The notes under the pieces: generated by a model | What the model saw: only the letters and a program-made list of their open reading frames with translations | Databases searched by the model: none | Told to the model about the DNA's origin: nothing | Source of the DNA: an uncultured Candidatus Binatia bacterium | GTDB lineage: Bacteria > Desulfobacterota > Binatia > UBA9968 > JAJDTQ01 | Assembly (NCBI GenBank): GCA_965215605.1 | Contig: OZ244070.1 | Span: forward strand, 544,001-608,000 | Reading direction: 5' to 3' | Length of the DNA: 64,000 bases | Translations under genes and position numbers: made by a program | In this document: piece after piece, positions 37,673 to 45,977 of the stretch | How the letters are laid out: each line of letters opens with the position of its first letter | How positions within the stretch are numbered: the first letter of the stretch is position 1

Positions 37673-39325
37673 ATGGCCGAAGAACAGTTATATGGCGACA
37701 ACCCCATCGCCCAGCGGCAGACCGACCAGTACAAGCGCGAATACGTGCACAGCTTCGTCCGGAAGTGGGACGAGCTCATCGACTGGGACGCCAGAGCCGC
37801 CAGCGAAGGAGACTTTTTCATCAACATCCTGAAGGAACGCGGCGTGGAGCGTGTGCTGGACGTGGCCACGGGAACGGGGTTCCACTCCATCCGGCTCCTG
37901 AAGGCCGGTTTCGACGTCACCAGCGTGGACGGCAGCCCTGAAATGCTGGCTCAAGCCTTCGAGAACGCCAGGGAGCAGGGCTTCATCATGAAGACCCTTC
38001 ACGCCGACTGGCGGTGGTTGAGCCGCGACGTCCATACCCAATACGACGCGGTCATCTGCTTGGGAAACTCGCTGACCCATCTGTTCTCGGAGCAGGATCG
38101 CCGGAAGGCTCTCGCGGAGTTCTACTCGGTGCTGGAGCATGACGGCGTTCTGGTCCTGGACCAACGGAACTACGACGACATCCTCGACGATGGGTTCACC
38201 TCCAAGCACATCTACTACTACTGCGGCGACAACGTCAGCGCCGCGCCCGAGTACGTGGACGAAGGGCTGGCCCGGTTCCGGTACGAGTTTCCGGACAATT
38301 CGGTTTTCCACCTGAACATGTTTCCCCTGCGCAAGGACTACGTCCGGAAGCTCATGGGGGAAGTCGGGTTCCAGCAAGTGAAGACGTTCGCCGACTTCCA
38401 GGAGACCCACCGGGTAGAAGACCCGGATTTCTTCATCCACGTGGCGGAGAAGCTCTACAAGAACGAGGAACGGGTCGCCAGGATCACTTCAGGAGCCAGC
38501 TACTCCCAGACGGTGGAGACGGCACGGGACTACTACAACAGCAACGACGCCGACCGCTTCTATGCCACGGTGTGGGGCGGCGAAGACATTCATGTCGGCC
38601 TCTACGAAGGCGAGGGCGATACCATCTTCGACGCCAGCCGGCGGACGGTGAATCGAATGGCGTCCATGATCGACGGGCTGGAGTCGACCACCCGTGTACT
38701 GGACATCGGCTCCGGGTACGGCGGCTCGGCCCGATACCTGGTCGAGAACTACGGCTGCCACGTCGGCTGTCTGAACCTGAGCGAGGTGCAGAACGCCCGG
38801 AACCGCGACCTCAACGGCCGCAAGAAGTGCTCCCTGGCCATCAACGTGGTGGACGGAAGCTTCGAGCAAATACCCATGCCCGACGACAGCGTGGACGTGG
38901 TGTGGTCGCAGGATGCCATCCTGCACAGCGGCAACCGGCGGCAGGTGTTCGAGGAGGTCGACCGGGTCCTTGCCAAGGGCGGACAGTTCATCTTCACCGA
39001 TCCCATGCAACGCGAGGATTGCCCCGCGGATGTGCTGCAGCCCATCCTGGACCGGATTCACCTGGATTCCCTGGGGTCGGTCCCCCAATACCGGACCATG
39101 CTTTCGAGCCTGGGCTTCGAAGAACTGGAGTTTGTCGACCTCACGCCGCAGCTCGCCACCCACTACGCGCGGGTCCTCGACGAGGTACAGGCCAATCATT
39201 GGGACCTGCTGAAGGTGTGCAGCGCCGAGTACATCGAGCGGATGAAGGCCGGTCTGCAACACTGGGTGGACGGCGGCAACGGAGGCCATCTCCAATGGGG
39301 GATTCTCCATTTCCGGAAAGTGTGA
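37673..39325 (+). CDS. Fused glycine/sarcosine N-methyltransferase + sarcosine/dimethylglycine N-methyltransferase (glycine betaine synthesis)
   Basis: N-domain KWDELIDW, LDVATGTGFHS, CLGNS, DQRNYD, YYYCG (GSMT); C-domain YYNSNDADRFY..VWGGEDIHVGLY, LDIGSGYGG, WSQDAILHS, FTDPMQ, ILDRIHL (SDMT). Confidence 0.92.
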   Translation: MAEEQLYGDNPIAQRQTDQYKREYVHSFVRKWDELIDWDARAASEGDFFINILKERGVERVLDVATGTGFHSIRLLKAGFDVTSVDGSPEMLAQAFENAREQGFIMKTLHADWRWLSRDVHTQYDAVICLGNSLTHLFSEQDRRKALAEFYSVLEHDGVLVLDQRNYDDILDDGFTSKHIYYYCGDNVSAAPEYVDEGLARFRYEFPDNSVFHLNMFPLRKDYVRKLMGEVGFQQVKTFADFQETHRVEDPDFFIHVAEKLYKNEERVARITSGASYSQTVETARDYYNSNDADRFYATVWGGEDIHVGLYEGEGDTIFDASRRTVNRMASMIDGLESTTRVLDIGSGYGGSARYLVENYGCHVGCLNLSEVQNARNRDLNGRKKCSLAINVVDGSFEQIPMPDDSVDVVWSQDAILHSGNRRQVFEEVDRVLAKGGQFIFTDPMQREDCPADVLQPILDRIHLDSLGSVPQYRTMLSSLGFEELEFVDLTPQLATHYARVLDEVQANHWDLLKVCSAEYIERMKAGLQHWVDGGNGGHLQWGILHFRKV

Positions 39326-39337
39326 TGGGCGGACCCC

Positions 39338-40189
39338 ATGAAGGAGAATCCTGCGGAGGGCCGCTATGCCGCGGCCGTGGAATCGGTCAGAAGCTACTAC
39401 AACAGCGATGACGTGCGCCGGATCTACGACGCCTCGTACGGCGAAGAGCACCTGCATCTCGGCATCTACGAGAACGACGAGGACACGGTAGACGAAGCCG
39501 GCCAGCGGACCGTGGAGTGGATCGCCTCCATGATCCACGAACTGGGCCCGGGCACCCGCGTGCTGGACATCGGCGCCGGCCATGGCGGGTCCGCCCGGTT
39601 CCTGTTCCGTGAATACGGCTGCCACGTGGCATGCCTCAACCTGAGCGAGGTCCAGAACGCGCGCAACCGGGATCTCAATGCCAGAGACAAGTGCTCTCTG
39701 GCCATCAACGTGGTGGACGGAAGCTTCGAAGACATCCCGGTTACGGACGAGAGCTTCGACGTGGTGTGGTCCCAGGACGCGATCCTGCACAGCACCCGGC
39801 GACGGCAGGTATTCGCCGAAGTCGCCAGGGTGCTGTGCAAGGGCGGACAGTTCATCCTTACCGACCCCATGCAGGGCGAACTCTGCCCTCCCGAAGCCCT
39901 GCAACCCATCCTCGACCGTGTCCACCTCGATTCCCTGGGATCCCTTCGGGAGTACCGGGCGGTGACGTCAGAGCTGGGTCTTCAGGAGATGGAGTTCACC
40001 GACCTCACGCCCCACCTCGCCATCCACTACGGGCGGATCCTCGATGGATTGCTCGCCAATGAGCAGGAACTGTCGGAGCAGTGCGGCGCCCATCATGTCC
40101 AACGCGTGAAGACCGGTCTGCGGCACTGGGTGGACGGCGGAAAGCGGCGCCACCTGCAGTGGGGAATCCTGCACTTCCGGAAAGCCTGA
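39338..40189 (+). CDS. SDMT-like class I SAM methyltransferase, diverged duplicate
   Basis: Collinear with the C-domain of the upstream gene (LNLSEVQNARN, WSQDAILHS, HLQWGILHFRK), but the N-terminal motif is changed to YDASYGEEHLHLGIY. Confidence 0.88.
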   Translation: MKENPAEGRYAAAVESVRSYYNSDDVRRIYDASYGEEHLHLGIYENDEDTVDEAGQRTVEWIASMIHELGPGTRVLDIGAGHGGSARFLFREYGCHVACLNLSEVQNARNRDLNARDKCSLAINVVDGSFEDIPVTDESFDVVWSQDAILHSTRRRQVFAEVARVLCKGGQFILTDPMQGELCPPEALQPILDRVHLDSLGSLREYRAVTSELGLQEMEFTDLTPHLAIHYGRILDGLLANEQELSEQCGAHHVQRVKTGLRHWVDGGKRRHLQWGILHFRKA

Positions 40190-40224
40190 CGGCGGCCGAA
40201 AGTGCAGACACCACCCTGACTCTC

Positions 40225-41295
40225 CTACCACCCCACCGGGCTTGCCAGCCGGCCGCCGATCTCCGGCGAGTCCGCGGCGTAGCGGTAGACCCGGAACATG
40301 CTGTTGGCCGGGCCGCGGCCTTCGTAGTCGGCGAAGAACGGGCAGACGTACTCCCAGACGATCTCGCCCGCCTGGGTGACCTCGAAGGCCCGTCCCATCT
40401 GCCCCTCGCAGATCAGGGTGTTGCCGTTGTCGAAGCGCTGGGCGCCGCTGATGTTGGGGCTGAAGAAGCTCCAGATGGGCGAGCCCTTGTAGTGCCAGAC
40501 GGTGTCGCCCGACTCCGGATCGAGCTCGATGACCCGGGAATGCGGGTTGTCGATGCAATGGATGCCGTTGGCGAAGAGCAGGATGTTGCCGTTGGGCAGC
40601 ACCTGGCAGTCGTGTTGATGGCCCCACGTGACGTCCTGGTGAGCCCAGCGCGTCTCGCAGGTCTCGCGGTCGATCATCATGATGGCGTTGAGGCGCCGGA
40701 AACTGAGCATCACGCCGCCGTCGTCGAGGGGGAAGCAGGCGTTGGCGTGGGCGAATTCATCCCTGCCGCAGCAGTGGCAGATCTCCCATCGGTCCAGGTC
40801 CAGGTCGCGCCAGGCGTGCCATTCCCATACTGTCTCGCCCGCGGGAGAGATCTCCCTCACGTAGTCGCCGTAGGTGACGCCTTCGTGCTCGCTGCCGGGC
40901 TGGCCGCCCCTGATCCGAGCCTGGACATCCGCGGGCACCGGTTCCCAGCCGATGTAGATGGTGCTGCCGTCCGGGCGACGTCGGAAGTCGTGGTGCTGGC
41001 CCGGGTCACAGTACTCCCACACCACGTCCCCGTCCCAGTTGTATTCCCGCAGCAGGCCGCCCTTGCCGCGCCGGAGCGGCGGACCCTCTTCCATGCGGCC
41101 GGCCCAGAGCAGGTTGCCGTTGGGCAGGAGGTAGGCGTAGTTCCCAGGACACAGGGGGAACGACCACTCGTGGAGCACCTCGCCGCGCATCCCGATGATG
41201 TACGCCTTGGTTGACGACTGGGGCACGATCAGCGTGTAGCCCGGCGTCGCCTTCGCATTGTCGTAGACCAGCACACCCAAGTCACGGTGTCTCAT
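40225..41295 (-). CDS. Aryl-sulfate sulfotransferase (ASST)-like beta-propeller protein, no signal peptide
   Basis: GYTL, LLPNGNLL, DGDVVWEY, QHHDF, HANA, HQHD, LPNGNILLFANG, ISGAQRFDNGNTLICEG, GEIVWEY repeats. Confidence 0.8.
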   Translation of the reverse strand: MRHRDLGVLVYDNAKATPGYTLIVPQSSTKAYIIGMRGEVLHEWSFPLCPGNYAYLLPNGNLLWAGRMEEGPPLRRGKGGLLREYNWDGDVVWEYCDPGQHHDFRRRPDGSTIYIGWEPVPADVQARIRGGQPGSEHEGVTYGDYVREISPAGETVWEWHAWRDLDLDRWEICHCCGRDEFAHANACFPLDDGGVMLSFRRLNAIMMIDRETCETRWAHQDVTWGHQHDCQVLPNGNILLFANGIHCIDNPHSRVIELDPESGDTVWHYKGSPIWSFFSPNISGAQRFDNGNTLICEGQMGRAFEVTQAGEIVWEYVCPFFADYEGRGPANSMFRVYRYAADSPEIGGRLASPVGW

Positions 41296-41329
41296 TGAAC
41301 CTCCTGTCCTTTATGAACGGAATCGCGAT

Positions 41330-42769
41330 TCAGGAGACCTGCGGCGGCCTTCGAGTGTGCCATCCGGCCGCCTGCTCGTAGGCGTGCGCCACCTGCAACA
41401 ACGCCGGTTCCTCGAAATGGGGCGCCGCGAACTGCAGGCCGATGGGGAGACCTCGGGCGGAAAACCCGCCGGGCACGCTAACCGCCGGCGCGCCGGTGAC
41501 GTTGAACGGGATCGTGCAAAGGGTCCCCCGAGTGCCGCGGGCGTCGGACAACGGGATCCGCCCTCCCGCCGTTTCCACATACCCTTGCTCGCACTCTTCG
41601 ATGGTCTCGGCCGGCATGCTCACCGCCGGGCTCACGATCACGTCCACCTGCTCGAAGGCCCGGTCGAAGGACTCGCAGATGAGCCGCCGGACACGCTGTG
41701 CGGTGACGTACGCGTGGGCGGGGAGCGTCAGTGCGAGGACCTGCCGGCACATCAGCCCCGGACTGTAGTCCCGCGGGCGGGTGCGCAGAAAAGGCTCGGC
41801 CGGAGACAGGTTCTCCGCCCGAGCCGTGATGAGCTGCACCATGGGGATGTACTCGACGTACGGGATCGACAGCTCCTGTACGGTCATGCCCAGGGACTCC
41901 AACAGCTCCACGGACGCGGCCGTGGCATCCTTGACCTCGTCCACCGCCAGGTCGTCGAAGTAGTCGCGGACGATCCCGACTTTCAGACCCGCCACCCCCT
42001 CGCCGAGGCGCGCGCCGAAGTCCGGCACGGGAGCGTGGCTCGACAGCGGATCCCTGGGGTCGGCGCCGGCGATGGCTTGCAGCATCAGCGCGCTGTCCCG
42101 CACCGTGCGGGTGAGCACGCCGAAATGGTCCGTGGAATAGCCGCCGGTGCCGGCAACGCCGCCGACCCGGCTCACCCGGCCGTAGGTGGCCTTGAGCCCC
42201 ACCACGCCGCACAGGGACGCCGGGTTGCGCACGGAGCCGGCGTTGTCGGTGCCGATGGAGCCCAGGGCCAGGCCCGCGGCCACGGACGCGGCCGAGCCGC
42301 CGCTGGAACCGCCGGAGACGCGGTTCCGGTCCCAGGGATTGCGGGTGGTGCCGTAGTAGGGATTGATGGTGGTGCAGCCGGCCGCCCACTCGTGCAGGTT
42401 GGTCTTGCCCAGGACCACGGCTCCGGCCTGCCTGAGCCGGGCCACCACCGTGGCGTCCTCGTCCGGGATCCAATCGGAAAGATGTTTCGAGCCCGCCGTA
42501 GTCCGGACACCCGCGGTGGCGAGACTGTCCTTGATGGAGACGGGGATTCCGTGCAACGCGCCGCGGTAGCGGCCCGCGGCCAGGTCGGCCTCGGCTTGGG
42601 CGGCATCCGCCAGCGCCTGCTCCCGGGTCAGGGTGACGAAGGTGTTGAGCTCGGGATCCAGCCGGTCGATACGTTCGAGAAACGCACGGGTCAACTCGAC
42701 CGGCGAGAGCTGCCGCGCCTCGATGCGGCGCGCGGCGTCGGCGATGGTCAGGTCCTGAAGGTCCGTCAC
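41330..42769 (-). CDS. Amidase-signature (GatA-like) amidase
   Basis: LHGIPVSIKD (Lys), GKTNLHE, GGSSGGS, GTDNAGSVRNPAS (Ser nucleophile), GLKATYGRVS; GTG start at 42769 overlaps the upstream TGA. Confidence 0.9.
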   Translation of the reverse strand: MTDLQDLTIADAARRIEARQLSPVELTRAFLERIDRLDPELNTFVTLTREQALADAAQAEADLAAGRYRGALHGIPVSIKDSLATAGVRTTAGSKHLSDWIPDEDATVVARLRQAGAVVLGKTNLHEWAAGCTTINPYYGTTRNPWDRNRVSGGSSGGSAASVAAGLALGSIGTDNAGSVRNPASLCGVVGLKATYGRVSRVGGVAGTGGYSTDHFGVLTRTVRDSALMLQAIAGADPRDPLSSHAPVPDFGARLGEGVAGLKVGIVRDYFDDLAVDEVKDATAASVELLESLGMTVQELSIPYVEYIPMVQLITARAENLSPAEPFLRTRPRDYSPGLMCRQVLALTLPAHAYVTAQRVRRLICESFDRAFEQVDVIVSPAVSMPAETIEECEQGYVETAGGRIPLSDARGTRGTLCTIPFNVTGAPAVSVPGGFSARGLPIGLQFAAPHFEEPALLQVAHAYEQAAGWHTRRPPQVS

Positions 42770-43722
42770 AGGTAACCCTGCTCCCTGCAGAACTTCTCTG
42801 CACCGGGGTGGAGCGGCACGTCCAGGGGCGTGGCCTCCGTGTCCTTCCACAACTGGTCGATGCCGGTCAGCGTCTCCCAGTAGATCTCGTTCTGGCGCTC
42901 CTTCAGCGCCGCGCACACCTTGTAGACGTCCTCGTCGGGCAGCGAGGCGCGGGTGTAGAGGGGCCATCCGCCGTAGTCGATGCAGGTGTGGTCCGCCTTG
43001 AGATGGGGGTAGCACCCGGCCGGCATGGTCACCGTGCGCCAGCCCAGGGCGTTGAGCCGCTCCATGGCAAAATCGTCAGGGGTGACGGGCTCCATGCCGC
43101 GCGACAGGGCGTCATCGAACCACAGCACCAGGCCCTCGTCGAAGACCGCGTCGATGGTCTCCTCCCTGAGCGCGGCCATCCGCCGCTCGTCCCCGGGCCC
43201 GCCGTTGAGCTGAAGGCTGCCGCCCCAGGATTCCAGGTCCGCCAGCGTGAACCCGTAGATCTCCAGGGTCTGGTCCAGCAGCACGCGGGTGGAATGAGTG
43301 GCGTCCTCGCGGATGGACAGCCGCAACGGGTATTTCCGTTCCTTGATCTGGGACAGCGACGTCAGTCCGGTGCGCGGGTGAATCATGAACACGAAGCGGT
43401 CCCAGGACGGGTAGCAGGCCACGACCCTGAGCGGCAGCGGCTCCTTGAAGAGCCCGACGCCCCGGTAGGCCTGGGTGAGGAATGCCGACGGGTTGACCAT
43501 GGACATCTCCAGATCCCCCTTGGCCACCGCGTGGGCGATGATGGGCGAGCCCGTGGACATGCGCAGCCAGGGGCGGAAATTCTCTCCGGACCCGCTCCCC
43601 ACCGAGATGCACATGTCCCGGTTGCCGTAGTAGGGCGTGTTCGGGTCGCCGGCGACATGCAGCCCGATCTGCCATAGCATCAGGCCGCGTTGAAAGTTGG
43701 CTCCGCGCGGGAGTCGCTCCAT
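42766..43722 (-). CDS. TAXI/TRAP solute-receptor-like (PBP2 fold) protein lacking a signal peptide
   Basis: GS....AVAKGDLEM, AYRGVGLF, LRVVA, GLTSLSQIK, LYTRASLPDEDVY, PLHPGAEKFCRE resemble TAXI receptors; N-terminus is not a signal peptide. Confidence 0.65.
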   Translation of the reverse strand: MERLPRGANFQRGLMLWQIGLHVAGDPNTPYYGNRDMCISVGSGSGENFRPWLRMSTGSPIIAHAVAKGDLEMSMVNPSAFLTQAYRGVGLFKEPLPLRVVACYPSWDRFVFMIHPRTGLTSLSQIKERKYPLRLSIREDATHSTRVLLDQTLEIYGFTLADLESWGGSLQLNGGPGDERRMAALREETIDAVFDEGLVLWFDDALSRGMEPVTPDDFAMERLNALGWRTVTMPAGCYPHLKADHTCIDYGGWPLYTRASLPDEDVYKVCAALKERQNEIYWETLTGIDQLWKDTEATPLDVPLHPGAEKFCREQGYL

Positions 43723-43752
43723 GGTTGACCTCCGATCCGGTGATGTAAGCAA

Positions 43753-45897
43753 CTACTCCAGCAGCCCCGCGCCCCTGGCCCACCTGTACTTGGCGCCCAG
43801 GATCGCCACCGGCAGCTCGGTGGTGTAGGGACAGGCCACGATGCCCCGCTCGTAGAGGTACTCCGAGGCCTCCTCCACCTGCACGTCGCCCACCAGCGAC
43901 ACCACCACGGGCTTGTCGATGCCCTTGTCGCGCCCTTCCTGCACCACCCGGGCGCACAGCTCGGCGAAGACCATGGGCGGCGTGATGATGGTGTGCCAAT
44001 AGCCCAGGATCAGGGCGTGGATGCGGTCGTCCTCCAGGCCGAACCGGATGGTGCGCTCGTAAGTGGTGGGCGGCTCGCCGCCGGTGATGTCCACTGGATT
44101 GCCCGAGGCGCCGAAGGGCGGGATGAACTGCTTGAAGCCTTGGTCCAGGTCCTGGGGAAACTTCATGAGCGAGAGCCCGTTGGCCACCACCGCGTCCGAC
44201 AGGAGCACCCCCGAGCCGCCGGCGCCGGTGATGATGACGATCTCCTCGCCCTTGGGCGCCGGCAGTACGGACAGGCCCCGGGCGAACTGGAGCATGTCGT
44301 TCAGCGAGTAGGCGCGCACCACGCCGCAGGCCTTCAGAAGGTCATCATAGACCTTGTCGTCGCCGGCCAGCGCGCCGGTGTGGGAGGCCGCGGCGCGGGC
44401 GCCGAGCTGGGTGCGGCCGGCCTTGAGCATGACCACGGGCTTCTTCTTCGACACGCGGCTGGCCACCTCGTAGAAGCTGCGGCCGTCCTTGAGGTCCTCG
44501 GCGTGCATGGCCACCACCTGGGTGTTGTCGTCCTGCTCGAAGTAGGTCAGCAGGTCGTCCTCGTCGAGGTCCGACTTGTTGCCAAGGCCGACGATGGCCG
44601 AGACCCCCATGCGGGTGGAGCGGCTGAAGCCGATGATGGACATGCCCACGCCGCCGCTCTGGGACGACAGCGCCACCGGCCCCTTGACGTCGTAGGGGGT
44701 GCAGAACGTGGCGCAGAGGTTGGCCGGCGTGTAGTAGAAGCCGTAAATGTTGGGTCCCATGACGCGCACATTGTGCTTGCGCGCCTCCGCCAGAAGCTCC
44801 TCCTGCATCTCCTTCTCGCCCACCTCGGCAAAGCCCGACGGGATCATCACGGCGCCCGGTATGCCCTTCTCCCCCACCTCGGTCATGGCCGCGGCGCAGA
44901 ACTTCGCCGGCACCGCGAAGATGGCCACGTCCACGTCCTCCGGGATGTCCTTGACGCTCTTGTAGCACCTCTTCCCCAGGATCTCGTCCGCCCTGGGGTT
45001 GATGGGGTAGAGGGCGCCGGCGTAGCCGCCGTTGATGATGTTCTTCATCACCGAGTTGCCGATCTTCCCTTCCCCGTCGGAGGCGCCGATGACAGCCACC
45101 GCCTTCGGGTTCATGATGCGCCGCATGGCCGAGACGATCTCGTCCCGGGACGGCCGGTAGGGCTCGGGCGGCGGCGCGAAGTCCACGGTCATCACGCTGT
45201 CCACCGCGGTGGCGCCGTCGGCCCCCGCCAGCACCGGGTTCAGGTCCACCTCCCGGATCTCGGGGAATTCACTCACCAGCTCCGATACGCCGACGATGAT
45301 GTCGGCCAGGGCCTCCCGGTGCACGGCGGCGGCGCCCCGGACTCCCTTGAGAACTTCCGCCGCGGCCACGCCGTCCAGCATGGACAGGGCGTCGTCACGG
45401 CTTGCCGGCGCCAGCCGGAAGGTGACGTCGCGCAGCACCTCCACCAGCACCCCGCCCAGTCCGAAGGCCACCACCTTGCCGAAGCTCGGATCGGTCACCG
45501 CGCCGACGATGACTTCCACGCCCTTGCCGGATACCTGTTGCTGGACCTGGACACCGTCCAGCACGGCGTCGGCCTTGTAGATCCGGGCGTTCTTGATAAG
45601 AGTCCGGTAGGCCTGCTCCGCCTGCTCCCGACCCGACACCCCCACCAGCACGCCGCCGGCCTCGGTCTTGTGCAGGATGTCCTTCGAGACGATCTTCATC
45701 ACCACCGGAAAGCCGATGTCCTCGGCCAGTTCCGAGGCATCCGCCGCCGATTGAGCCACCCCTTCCCGCGGCAGCGGAACGCCGTAGGCCCGCAGCAACG
45801 CGCTGCATTCCGACGGCGACAACGCGGTGCGTCCCTCGGACCTGACTTCATTCAAGAGCGCGAGGACTTGCTCCCGCCGATCCGTTCCCGCTTGCAT
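43753..45897 (-). CDS. ADP-forming acyl-CoA ligase (acetate--CoA ligase family), beta-alpha domain order
   Basis: N-terminal ATP-grasp (VMKIVS.DILHKTEAGGV, DLNPV), then CoA-binding (VAVIGAS, YPINP, GPN), SQSGG, GNKSDL, phospho-His ASHTGALAG, NPVDITG. Confidence 0.9.
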   Translation of the reverse strand: MQAGTDRREQVLALLNEVRSEGRTALSPSECSALLRAYGVPLPREGVAQSAADASELAEDIGFPVVMKIVSKDILHKTEAGGVLVGVSGREQAEQAYRTLIKNARIYKADAVLDGVQVQQQVSGKGVEVIVGAVTDPSFGKVVAFGLGGVLVEVLRDVTFRLAPASRDDALSMLDGVAAAEVLKGVRGAAAVHREALADIIVGVSELVSEFPEIREVDLNPVLAGADGATAVDSVMTVDFAPPPEPYRPSRDEIVSAMRRIMNPKAVAVIGASDGEGKIGNSVMKNIINGGYAGALYPINPRADEILGKRCYKSVKDIPEDVDVAIFAVPAKFCAAAMTEVGEKGIPGAVMIPSGFAEVGEKEMQEELLAEARKHNVRVMGPNIYGFYYTPANLCATFCTPYDVKGPVALSSQSGGVGMSIIGFSRSTRMGVSAIVGLGNKSDLDEDDLLTYFEQDDNTQVVAMHAEDLKDGRSFYEVASRVSKKKPVVMLKAGRTQLGARAAASHTGALAGDDKVYDDLLKACGVVRAYSLNDMLQFARGLSVLPAPKGEEIVIITGAGGSGVLLSDAVVANGLSLMKFPQDLDQGFKQFIPPFGASGNPVDITGGEPPTTYERTIRFGLEDDRIHALILGYWHTIITPPMVFAELCARVVQEGRDKGIDKPVVVSLVGDVQVEEASEYLYERGIVACPYTTELPVAILGAKYRWARGAGLLE

Positions 45898-45977
45898 CTT
45901 GTACGGCCTCCGTTCCTGGAGAATGAACCCGACGGCTTCCCCTGACGCGCGACGGGAGCATCTCAATTCGGAAGAAT

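Noticed and set aside
41330-42769. gatA of Glu-tRNA amidotransferase
   Set aside because: No gatC/gatB neighbours, and variant motifs (NLHEWA, TDNAGS) indicate a catabolic amidase.
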